From assembly GCA_964450805.1 (NCBI GenBank), contig CAYVDD010000001.1:254365-318364 (forward strand): DNA of 64,000 nucleotides, in the 5' to 3' direction. The notes below the pieces were generated by a model. It saw only the letters and a list, made by a program, of their open reading frames with translations, did no database searches and was not told the DNA's origin. The DNA is from an uncultured Candidatus Saccharibacteria bacterium (GTDB lineage: Bacteria; Patescibacteriota; Minisyncoccia; Minisyncoccales; JANBVM01). Positions 1-8,392 of the stretch are shown one piece after another. Position 1 is the stretch's first letter. The number at the start of each line of letters is the position of its first letter. The position numbers and the translations under genes were made by a program.

Positions 1-1
1 A

Positions 2-961
2 GAATCATCTCCAATGCCAATTTTAAAAGATATTGTTGTCTGGATGTCAGACAAGCCAATTATAAGGAGCCTGGCTCAATATTTCTTGGGATTAATGATG
101 GCAGCTCAAAGAACAATCTTTGGAAATACTGTTTATTTTATGGGCATGGTTTCAGCTTCTGGTTGGTGGTATTACTTTCCAGTTGTTTACTTCCTAAAGG
201 TTCCTTTAGGATTCCATATTTTAGCTTTAATTGCTCTTTTAATGAGTCTTTTAGCAATAAAAAGGCCTTTATGGGTAAGAACAACACAAAGGCTTAAAGA
301 ATGCATATTGAATAATTTCACTGCCTTTTCAATGATGATGTTTCTTTTGATTTACTGGACAGCTTCTATTTTAGGAAGCTTGAATATTGGAGTAAGGCAT
401 ATTCTTCCTGTTTTTCCTTTTACATATATTCTGGTGGGCTTAGCTTTAAAATATGGAATTGAAAAAATACAATCATTAAAACTTAAAAATGCAGTGAATT
501 GGCTTGTAATTTTTCTGTTGGGATCTTATATACTTTCTTCTTTAAACACTTATCCTTATTATCTGTCATATTTTAATGAAATAGCTGGGGGAACTGATAA
601 TGGATACAAATATGTGGTTGATTCAAACTATGACTGGGGACAGGATCTAAAAAGATTAAATCAGTATCTTGAAGAAAACAACATTAAAAGAATAAAGATT
701 GATTATTTTGGAGGATCAGACCTGAATTATTATCTTGGTGATAAATGGGAAAGGTTTAATGTTTTTTCTGGACCTCAACAAGGCTGGCTTGCTGTTTCAG
801 CAACCCTTCTTCAGGGAGGCAAAGGAAATCCAGTGCCTAATTTTACCCAGCCATCAGGTTATTACAAATGGCTTGATGACTACGAGCCAGTTGCAAGAGC
901 TGGAAAATCAATATTTATTTATTATATTTCCGGAGACTCATTTGTACTTAAAGGGCGCTAA
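2..961 (+). CDS. Membrane glycosyltransferase (GT-C / PMT / ArnT-like), 5'-truncated by window edge
   Basis: Multiple TM helices; motifs YYFPVVYFLKVP, NIGVRHILP, YLSYFNE, DSNYDWGQDL typical of this family; frame open from position 2. Confidence 0.75.
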   Translation, partial: ESSPMPILKDIVVWMSDKPIIRSLAQYFLGLMMAAQRTIFGNTVYFMGMVSASGWWYYFPVVYFLKVPLGFHILALIALLMSLLAIKRPLWVRTTQRLKECILNNFTAFSMMMFLLIYWTASILGSLNIGVRHILPVFPFTYILVGLALKYGIEKIQSLKLKNAVNWLVIFLLGSYILSSLNTYPYYLSYFNEIAGGTDNGYKYVVDSNYDWGQDLKRLNQYLEENNIKRIKIDYFGGSDLNYYLGDKWERFNVFSGPQQGWLAVSATLLQGGKGNPVPNFTQPSGYYKWLDDYEPVARAGKSIFIYYISGDSFVLKGR

Positions 962-1729
962 ATCGCCAAACCTAAGTTCAATATAATCAAGCCGATTTCT
1001 ATTTTCCAAAGGAACGTGTTCTTTTAAAATTGCCTCTAATTTTGTCAGCTGCCAATTAATATCTTTTTGAGGATTAAAATAGATTTCCCAAGCTTCGTCT
1101 GTTAAAATATTAATTCTTTCATTGGAAATTATTAAAGCTTTTTCAGCTTTAACATTTAATTCAGTTAAAACTGAAAAAATTTTTAAAATTTTTAAAACTA
1201 AATCCTTTTCCATTACTTGTTCTCCAGGTTTGAATTGCTTTTCATTGTTTAATTTCTCAATCTTTGGTAATTGAGATTCCTGCAGTAGAGGTTCAAAAAT
1301 CACTGCTTCTTGATCAATCAAAAAACAATTCTCATCATTATTGCAAAATACTGCCACTCCAAATCTTTCTATTACAATTACATTCAAGCTTTTAGGAAAA
1401 CTTTTGCTTATTTCTAAATCACTTATTTGAGGAAATGTATTTAAAGCTTGTTTCTTTATTTCAGTAATATTTGCTAAAAAAATGCTTTTTGTTGGAATAA
1501 ATAACACGCTTTTTTTAATTCTATTTTCAATTATTTCTAAAATACTTTGTTTTGAAATTTTTTCATTCCCTGAAATTATGATTTTTTCAATCTGAAAATA
1601 CTGAGAAAAAATTAAAGCATAAATAGCTAAAACAGAAAAAATAAAACCAAAAAAACCTGGCCAGAAATACTTTTTTTTGAAAAATGGTTTTTTTCTTTTA
1701 ATTCTGTGGGGTTTGCGGTATTTTCTCAT
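938..1729 (-). CDS. ftsQ: Cell division protein FtsQ/DivIB
   Basis: Basic N-terminus, single TM, POTRA segment (FQIEKIIISGN...FPKSLNVIVIER), C-terminal YIELRFG. Confidence 0.85.
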   Translation of the reverse strand: MRKYRKPHRIKRKKPFFKKKYFWPGFFGFIFSVLAIYALIFSQYFQIEKIIISGNEKISKQSILEIIENRIKKSVLFIPTKSIFLANITEIKKQALNTFPQISDLEISKSFPKSLNVIVIERFGVAVFCNNDENCFLIDQEAVIFEPLLQESQLPKIEKLNNEKQFKPGEQVMEKDLVLKILKIFSVLTELNVKAEKALIISNERINILTDEAWEIYFNPQKDINWQLTKLEAILKEHVPLENRNRLDYIELRFGDLAPFKYK

Positions 1730-2168
1730 ATTTTTTTAAAAAATTTATTAATTCATCTTCAGTTCTTGCAATGTAATCTAAAGAAACTTTTAACATTGGA
1801 TTTAATTTTGAACCAAGAAAAGCTGCCCGAATATCTGTATGTAAGCCCACTAATAATTTATTGTTTTTTTGTAAACGCTTTTGACAATACGCAACACCTA
1901 ATTCCATGCAAGCTCCTTCATCTGGCACCCTACCATCCAATATGACAAGAAAAATATCTGCTTCAAGTATTTTTTCTATATCAAGCTCAAACATTTTCTG
2001 CCTCTTTTCTTCCTTTTCCATTGATTTATAAGACTCTTTGTCGCTTTCTACTCCATCTCTTTGCGGAAGAAAAACATCATAACCAATTAATTCTAATTTT
2101 TCAGTTAAAGCTGAATTAAGCTCTTTTTCTGTTTTGTTAAACAATGGACCTGCAAAATATATCAACAT
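1698..2168 (-). CDS. Nucleoside 2-deoxyribosyltransferase family protein
   Basis: IYFAGPLF, VFLPQRD, D...AD, DGRVPDEGACMELGVA, NPML motifs. Confidence 0.85.
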   Translation of the reverse strand: MLIYFAGPLFNKTEKELNSALTEKLELIGYDVFLPQRDGVESDKESYKSMEKEEKRQKMFELDIEKILEADIFLVILDGRVPDEGACMELGVAYCQKRLQKNNKLLVGLHTDIRAAFLGSKLNPMLKVSLDYIARTEDELINFLKKYEKIPQTPQN

Positions 2169-2207
2169 AGTCTTATTCTATCAAAAAACCGCTTATAGAG
2201 CGATTTT
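2169..2207 (-). promoter_or_regulatory. Terminator hairpin whose U-tract runs into an extended -10 promoter (TGaTAGAAT) 6 nt before the ATG
   Basis: Minus strand AAAATCGCTCTATAAGCGGTTTTTTGATAGAATAAGACT-ATG. Confidence 0.6.
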
Positions 2208-2307
2208 GCATTTATTCATTTTTTGATCTTGTTGTTTTAACTATATTAAAACTAAAAAAATTTTTAGCATCACCACTAAGTAAGTTATTCTTTTGAGTCC
2301 TACAATT

Positions 2308-2391
2308 CTCCCCCTGTTGGACGCGTTCAGAACCATTGACTGGGTAGAAATAAAAGAAAATCTAATAAAATTAGATTTAGTAAAAATTTAA
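2308..2391 (+). pseudogene. Startless remnant resembling the C-terminal tail of a site-specific recombinase / att scar
   Basis: Translates LPLLDAFRTIDWVEIKENLIKLDLVKI*; DNA CTCCCC..GGAC..GTTCAGAACC resembles the reverse complement of a tRNA 3' half. Confidence 0.45.
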
Positions 2392-2421
2392 ATAAAAAAA
2401 CCTCATTTCTTCGAACCTGTT

Positions 2422-3054
2422 TTAATCTAAAAATCTAAAAGTAGAAAGTATTTGGTTGAATATCTCTAAATCTTTATTGAATTGGCTCGTACTCCCTGAT
2501 ACACCATAAAGCCTGTAAAACTTATTTCCTTTAATAAATTCTATAGAGGCGGGTCCTCCCATCCAAACTTTCAAGTCTAAATTTCCTATTTTTCTTATTG
2601 TTACTTTATTTAGCCTTTCTTGTTTTAATCGCTCTGCAATATCTTCGTTCGAGGAATAATAACCTTGCTTAATCCAATCCTCGATTGATAAAGCGTTTCT
2701 AGAGTTTTCAAGAATAAGTATTTTAAAAGAACTTCCATTTTCTGTAAGAGGACCTCCACCAGCAACTATTACTTTTTCTTTAATATTTTCGATAAGAATA
2801 TTTTCCAAACAACCCTCAAATCCACATTCCAACCTATATTCTTCTTTTAAAAACCAATCCGAAGGATACTTTATTTCGTATTTAACCCTCTCGTTTCTAT
2901 AAGTTTTCCAATCAGCTGTTCCGTCTTTTATTTTTTCTAAAACATCCTGTATCTCTGGATATTGCCAAATAAATCCTCCAACTAAAACACTTAAAGCTAA
3001 AATAATTCCTATTGCTAATAGAGTAGATATTCCTTTATTAATAAAGTTTTTCAT
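2422..3054 (-). CDS. Secreted/membrane-anchored protein, PsbP-like domain, prepilin-type N-terminus
   Basis: NKG-IS plus hydrophobic helix; TADWKTYRNE..YEIKYPSDW and FNQILSTFRF motifs common in CPR surface proteins. Confidence 0.65.
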   Translation of the reverse strand: MKNFINKGISTLLAIGIILALSVLVGGFIWQYPEIQDVLEKIKDGTADWKTYRNERVKYEIKYPSDWFLKEEYRLECGFEGCLENILIENIKEKVIVAGGGPLTENGSSFKILILENSRNALSIEDWIKQGYYSSNEDIAERLKQERLNKVTIRKIGNLDLKVWMGGPASIEFIKGNKFYRLYGVSGSTSQFNKDLEIFNQILSTFRFLD

Positions 3055-3315
3055 ATATTTTATTCTATCAAAAAATACCCATTAAATCACCTCTTAAAAT
3101 TTACCATTTTATCTATTTGTTTGGCAAATTCTTCGATACTTCAAAGAATAAATTGTCAAAAAGAATTCGTGTAATGGCACGAGAGTGAAAAAATAATGTA
3201 CCGAGAAAATATTTATAAAATTTTAAAAAAACGTTTTTCTTACTATAATATTCAAGCCAGCTAAACCTAAAACTGGGAATTTTCATATTAAATTTCTTTA
3301 AAAAATTCCTCGTTA

Positions 3316-3870
3316 TTAGTAAAGAACAGTATGAAAACCAAGCTTCTTTGCCGCTTTTACATTGTCGTAATTATCATCAATAAAAAGACATTTATTAGAA
3401 TTGGTGTTGATTTCTTTAAGCATATATATAAATATCCTAGAGTCCGGTTTTGAAAATCCAATCTCAGCTGAATTAAATACACGATCAAAATCATTATAAA
3501 TTTTAAATCGCTCTTTAAGAAGGATATCTAAGATAGCAGTGCTATTTGACAAAGCATAGATTTTATAATCTTTTCTTTTTTCTCTAATCCAATCTATTAA
3601 AGGTTGGTTTAATTTTTCAGTTCGAAAAAAAGTATTGGTAGCTTCTTTGTACTGATTAAAGCTTAAAATATGAGAAAAATTCTCTAAAAAATATTTTTTA
3701 AGATCAAGATTTTTATGCACGCTCATTTTATCAAAACAATCTCGTAATACCTTCGCAGTAGTTCCTTTTTTTAAAGACCACTTTTTATCAAATTCTGCAT
3801 AATTAACCTTTTCACTTGTTATAACTACACCCCCTATGTCAAATATTAAATTTTTAATTTCTGGATTCAT
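3316..3870 (-). CDS. HAD-superfamily phosphatase (last helix probably lost to a frameshift)
   Basis: IFDIGGV, LSNS, KPD, FIDD..NV..A...G motifs. Confidence 0.85.
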   Translation of the reverse strand: MNPEIKNLIFDIGGVVITSEKVNYAEFDKKWSLKKGTTAKVLRDCFDKMSVHKNLDLKKYFLENFSHILSFNQYKEATNTFFRTEKLNQPLIDWIREKRKDYKIYALSNSTAILDILLKERFKIYNDFDRVFNSAEIGFSKPDSRIFIYMLKEINTNSNKCLFIDDNYDNVKAAKKLGFHTVLY

Positions 3871-4026
3871 ATAATGAATAATTATTATTTAAAAAAAATA
3901 AGTAGGCTAAAGCCTACATTTAGGTTGGCTTAAGCTCATTGGAGCAAAAGCACTAGCTGGACCAAATTTTTTATCAGGACATCCTTCCCATCGCTCATAG
4001 AGCGATTTTTAAATTTTAATGTTTTT

Positions 4027-4812
4027 TTACAAACCAAAAGTTTTTTGCCAATGATTATTGCCTTCTTGTTTAACTAATCTCTCGCGCTTACAATGTTCAC
4101 ATTCCTCACCAGCATTAGGAACTACATCAGAATCAAGGCATTTTTTAATATCTAAAATAGCAGAATCAATCCATGAATCGTTTCCATTATAAGGTAAGAT
4201 TGAAGCTTTAAACTCTAATTTTCCATCAAATTTAGGATTATTTTTACTGGCATTAACAAATAAGAAATATCCTGTGTTTAAAACATTAAAACCCATTTGC
4301 CTGAATATCCATTGATAAACCTCCATCTGCTTCTTATAACCCTGCTTATACTCATCATCTAAAGAAATCTCTCTGCTCGTGCTTGTTGCCTTATAATCAA
4401 CAATATATAACTCTTTGGTTTTTTGATTAATCCAGACATCATCAACAATACCGCAAATCTCTAACTTGCTTTTTTCATGAAGCACACAAGCTCCAACATA
4501 CTTATAATAATCATCTCTCCAGATTGGTAAATCTTTATGTTTAAAGGGTACAGCATCTATACCATACTCTGTCATTAATACATGAGATTCTCCATTTTTT
4601 CTTAACAAATCAAATTCTTTTTTAAGCAAATGATCAACAGCACTATTTAATGCCCAGCCAGGCATACTTGGTCTTCCCAACCCCATTCTTCTGTCTAAAT
4701 AAAAACAGCGAGGACATTCTAAAAAAAGATCTATCTTTGAACGACTTATTCTGAAAGGCTCTTTTAAATCGGGACTATATATATTTTTTTGTCTTTTTTT
4801 ATATTTATTCAT
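4027..4812 (-). CDS. PD-(D/E)XK nuclease superfamily protein (RecB/Cas4-like)
   Basis: ISRSKIDLFLECPRCFY, GIVDD, IVDYK, QMEVY, C-terminal CEHC. Confidence 0.8.
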   Translation of the reverse strand: MNKYKKRQKNIYSPDLKEPFRISRSKIDLFLECPRCFYLDRRMGLGRPSMPGWALNSAVDHLLKKEFDLLRKNGESHVLMTEYGIDAVPFKHKDLPIWRDDYYKYVGACVLHEKSKLEICGIVDDVWINQKTKELYIVDYKATSTSREISLDDEYKQGYKKQMEVYQWIFRQMGFNVLNTGYFLFVNASKNNPKFDGKLEFKASILPYNGNDSWIDSAILDIKKCLDSDVVPNAGEECEHCKRERLVKQEGNNHWQKTFGL

Positions 4813-4944
4813 TTTTTTTGATTTTTAAATTATTCTAGCCACATTAACATTAAAAAACAAATCTTGGTATCGCTACCAAATAAAAAATTAATTTACTTTA
4901 AATCATTTGATAGAAAAATTAGGTTTTTTAAAAAGAGATTTTTT

Positions 4945-5559
4945 CTATAAAAACGGAAGAAATTTTTGCTTTGTTAAATTTTTTAACTTCATACCAACAG
5001 AAGACGTTGTTAATTTAGATATTCTATTTAAAGACTTACCCAATTCATCTATAGGTAGTTTAGGATTAAATAAATGTGTGTCTGATCCAAATCTTTTAAG
5101 AAAAGATTCTTTTTTATTTTTATAATTGTCATCTGTTTCCGCTTCCTCTGCTATTTTTCCAAGAATATCTTGAATGCAATTCCCTTTATGTAATATTTGA
5201 TTATATACATTTTTTCTAAGCTCTTCTAACGCCTTTTCGGCTAACTTAGATTTAGAAAAAAAGTTATTTATTAAATCCCATTCATCTGGATCAAAATCAT
5301 GTATAAAAAGATGTCCGTACTTTTCCCAATTATTCGTAGGAAGGATCGATGTATTTTTTATCTCACTTTTACTAATCGGAGACGACATTAAGTAGTCAAC
5401 TACCTTTTCGACATTTCTAATCTCATTAAGAACGATGCTCGCTATTTCTCTCTTATCATCACTTCTTCTTTTAAAATAAATCAAAAAAGTTAATCCACCA
5501 ACGATAATGGCAGTTAATCCTATAAACAAATTTGAGTTTAAAAAAGTTAATATGTTCAT
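4945..5559 (-). CDS. Hypothetical protein, N-terminal TM anchor and helical cytoplasmic domain
   Basis: 204 aa ORF starting 3 nt after the Ntn hydrolase stop. Confidence 0.65.
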   Translation of the reverse strand: MNILTFLNSNLFIGLTAIIVGGLTFLIYFKRRSDDKREIASIVLNEIRNVEKVVDYLMSSPISKSEIKNTSILPTNNWEKYGHLFIHDFDPDEWDLINNFFSKSKLAEKALEELRKNVYNQILHKGNCIQDILGKIAEEAETDDNYKNKKESFLKRFGSDTHLFNPKLPIDELGKSLNRISKLTTSSVGMKLKNLTKQKFLPFL

Positions 5560-5562
5560 AAT

Positions 5563-6534
5563 CTATAAATTTGGTTCTTTATCTAAATCTAGTTCTATAT
5601 CTCCAATCCTCAGCCTTTTTTTACTAACCCAAACAAAACCCTTCTCTGGACTTATAACAGCGACATCAACAGGTCCACCTACTCCGGGTATATCTCCTGG
5701 GCTAGCTTTAATACCGTCTGAAAATCGTTGAATCGCTGAGGTAGTTTGAATCATCAACACACAAAAATCAATTGCATCTTGAAGAGTCATTGTTCCCCAT
5801 TGAATATGATATTCTAAATTTCTAAGTTGCCTGTTTATTTCTTCCTTGTTGTTATTCTGAATTGCATCTTGAACAAATTTAATATTACTAATCCTGCCAT
5901 CCCAACCTAACACAATCCTTGAAACAACATCTATTTGCCCCGTCCAAGAAGCTCCATATTCTTTGCCTTTTTCTCGACTATCTCTCAGTTTTTGAATCTC
6001 ACCAGGAACACGACAGCTGTAAACTTCATGTGAACTATCTTTATTATAACCAGCCACCAGAAAACTAATTGGATCAACTTTAGCTGCACCATTTTTTATA
6101 TTACCTTGAGGGTCTTTAAAGCGAAATTTTAGGAGATATTGTTCTTTTTTAACCTCTATAACTTCACAGCCCTGTCTTTGAAGATCATTTTTGATTTTAT
6201 TTGGTAATTTTTCCAATTGCTCTTCCCACTTATATTTTTTATTAAACAAATAATGTATTTTTTCAGCAACATCTCTTACATTTAATTCTTCTATTCTTTC
6301 ACTCTGCTCAAGTTTGAACTGATCAATAAATTTACTAATACTTTTCATTATTCCATCTTCTGGTAAAAATGCTAAACCAGTCACTGCTACACCAACTCTT
6401 TTATTTAATTGAAAAAGCTTAGAAGCATTATCACTTCCAATGCGCGCCATTCCTTTTTTATTACGATAACTTTGCCTACTATCAGCTGCCAGAACCAAAC
6501 CAGCTGGTGTTGTAGAATTTATGACTAATGACAT
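5563..6534 (-). CDS. Proteasome beta-subunit-like Ntn hydrolase with Ser1 nucleophile
   Basis: From ATG 6534: (M)SLVINSTTPAGLVLAADSR gives S1/D17/R19 spacing; SKLFQL, VAVTG, FLVAGY, GVGGPVDVAVI. Confidence 0.75.
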   Translation of the reverse strand: MSLVINSTTPAGLVLAADSRQSYRNKKGMARIGSDNASKLFQLNKRVGVAVTGLAFLPEDGIMKSISKFIDQFKLEQSERIEELNVRDVAEKIHYLFNKKYKWEEQLEKLPNKIKNDLQRQGCEVIEVKKEQYLLKFRFKDPQGNIKNGAAKVDPISFLVAGYNKDSSHEVYSCRVPGEIQKLRDSREKGKEYGASWTGQIDVVSRIVLGWDGRISNIKFVQDAIQNNNKEEINRQLRNLEYHIQWGTMTLQDAIDFCVLMIQTTSAIQRFSDGIKASPGDIPGVGGPVDVAVISPEKGFVWVSKKRLRIGDIELDLDKEPNL

Positions 6535-6583
6535 AATAGTTATTCTTATCACACTCCAGAAACCCTATCAAGTTTATTACTAA

Positions 6584-6787
6584 TTATAATATTGTCATTT
6601 TTGGATCACGAGAGTCAATTTCATCAACTTTTTTCGACATTTCCTCAACTCCCTTATAACAATTTTCGAAAAGCTTGACCCATGAGTTCATTGATAATCC
6701 TTCTGGTTTAATTTGTCGTGAGGAATATCCAGAAATCCAAGCCTCTACCAATCTGAGGGCCTGTTTTGTTTTCTCTTCTTTTTCCAT
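6584..6787 (-). CDS. Small hypothetical protein (67 aa), first gene of the Ntn operon
   Basis: ATG ORF, co-directional and 49 nt upstream of the Ntn gene. Confidence 0.55.
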   Translation of the reverse strand: MEKEEKTKQALRLVEAWISGYSSRQIKPEGLSMNSWVKLFENCYKGVEEMSKKVDEIDSRDPKMTIL

Positions 6788-6859
6788 GTTGCTATATTTT
6801 TAATTTTTAATATTAATGCCGACCTTTTAAAAGTTTTCCACAGTTGACACTGTTTTATG

Positions 6860-6882
6860 TTCGGTAAATGTTCGGTATAATA
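6860..6882. promoter_or_regulatory. LexA box (TTCGG-N6-TTCGG direct repeat) abutting -10 elements
   Basis: TTCGG TAAATG TTCGG at 6860-6875 followed by TATAAT 6876-6881, upstream of lexA; direct-repeat LexA motif is the type reported for Patescibacteria. Confidence 0.8.
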
Positions 6883-6916
6883 CATTAATAATATCAACCA
6901 TAAAAAATCACGTCAA

Positions 6917-8392
6917 ATGTTAACAAAAAGACAAAAACAAATTCTTGATTACATTCAAAAATTTATAGAAAAAAAGGGCTATTCCCCATCTTTTGAAAAA
7001 GTGGCGAAGCACTTTAAATTAGTCAAATCTACTATTCATCAACATATTGAAACTTTAAAAAGTAAGGGGTACTTAAAAAATCAACCAAGAATTATAGAGA
7101 TATCTAAAAATAAAAAATTTCAAGAATTGGTACAGATTCCAATATTAGGAACTATCGCTGCTGGACAACCAATAGAAATAATAAGAGACAAAGAATTTAT
7201 TAAAGTGGCTAAATCTAGACTATCTTCGTCTGGTGAACATTATGCTCTTAAAGTTCAAGGAGATAGCATGATAGATGAAGGAATTCACGATTCTGATGTT
7301 GTAATAATTAAAAAACAATCTTATGCAGAAGATGGAGAAACAATAGTTGCTTTGACTAACTATGACGAAGTTACTTTAAAAAAAATCTATAAAGAAAAAG
7401 ATGGATTTCGTTTACAACCAGCTAACCCAAAGCTAAAACCAATTTTTGTAAAAGAATTAATTATTCAAGGCAAAGTTATTAGCGTAATTAAAAATTACAA
7501 AGAACTAAAAGAAAAAATAAAGGCTAAATTAAAAGTTAAAATTAGAACAAGCAAAACGCCAAAAAAAAATATAAAAAAACATCTAAATAAAGTATTTCTT
7601 GGAGATATTATGAATCTTCTAAAAGAGCTACCCAATGAAAGTGTAGATATGGTTTTTGGAGATCCTGATTATAATGTTGGTATAAAATACAGAGATAAAA
7701 GTTATACAAGAAACTTCAACGAATATATTGAATGGTATATTGATTTAATAAAAGAATCTATGAGAGTTTTAAGAAAAGATGGAAATTTATTCACAATGAA
7801 TTATCCCAAACAAAATGCACATTTAAGAGTGAAATATTTAGACAACACATATCCTTTAATTCATGAATATGTATGGACTTACAATACAAATGTAGGTCAT
7901 TCTTCAAAACGTTTCACTACTGGACATAGAAACATCTTACATGTCAGAAAAAGTAAAAATAATAAATTTTACAAAAATAATGTAGCATTACCTTATAAGA
8001 ATCCGACGGATAGAAGAATTTTAAAAAATTTAAGAAATGGATCAAAGGGTAGAATGCCTTATTCTTGGTTCTATTTCAATCTTGTTAAAAATGTTAGTAA
8101 AGAAAAAACTTGTCATGCTTGTCAAATACCTCAAAAACTTACGGAAATGTTAATAAAATCTTGCACAATGCCAAACGACATGGTTTTAATTCTTTTTGGT
8201 GGAAGTGGAGCTGAATTAGAAGTATGCAAGAGAACAAAAAGACAATATATTTCTGCTGAAATAGATGAAAAATATTACGAAATGATTAAAGATAGATTAA
8301 AAAATGGTTGTATTAAAAAAGAATACAAGCTAAAACTTAGAAATCCTATAAAACCTAAGGAAAGCTTGTCGCTTTTTAGTAAAGAGGTATAA
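6917..8392 (+). CDS. lexA: LexA repressor fused to beta-class N4/N6 DNA methyltransferase
   Basis: MLTKRQKQILDYI wHTH, IAAG cleavage site, GDSM Ser, VTLKK Lys; then DPDY (motif IV-like), H..QIP, ILFGGSG (motif I-like), EID; single uninterrupted frame. Confidence 0.9.
   Translation: MLTKRQKQILDYIQKFIEKKGYSPSFEKVAKHFKLVKSTIHQHIETLKSKGYLKNQPRIIEISKNKKFQELVQIPILGTIAAGQPIEIIRDKEFIKVAKSRLSSSGEHYALKVQGDSMIDEGIHDSDVVIIKKQSYAEDGETIVALTNYDEVTLKKIYKEKDGFRLQPANPKLKPIFVKELIIQGKVISVIKNYKELKEKIKAKLKVKIRTSKTPKKNIKKHLNKVFLGDIMNLLKELPNESVDMVFGDPDYNVGIKYRDKSYTRNFNEYIEWYIDLIKESMRVLRKDGNLFTMNYPKQNAHLRVKYLDNTYPLIHEYVWTYNTNVGHSSKRFTTGHRNILHVRKSKNNKFYKNNVALPYKNPTDRRILKNLRNGSKGRMPYSWFYFNLVKNVSKEKTCHACQIPQKLTEMLIKSCTMPNDMVLILFGGSGAELEVCKRTKRQYISAEIDEKYYEMIKDRLKNGCIKKEYKLKLRNPIKPKESLSLFSKEV

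Noticed and set aside
4027-4812. CRISPR-Cas locus suggested by the Cas4-like nuclease
   Set aside because: No repeat-spacer array or other cas genes seen in the window
6834-6842. Replication origin suggested by DnaA-type boxes
   Set aside because: Only isolated boxes, no cluster and no dnaA/dnaN nearby
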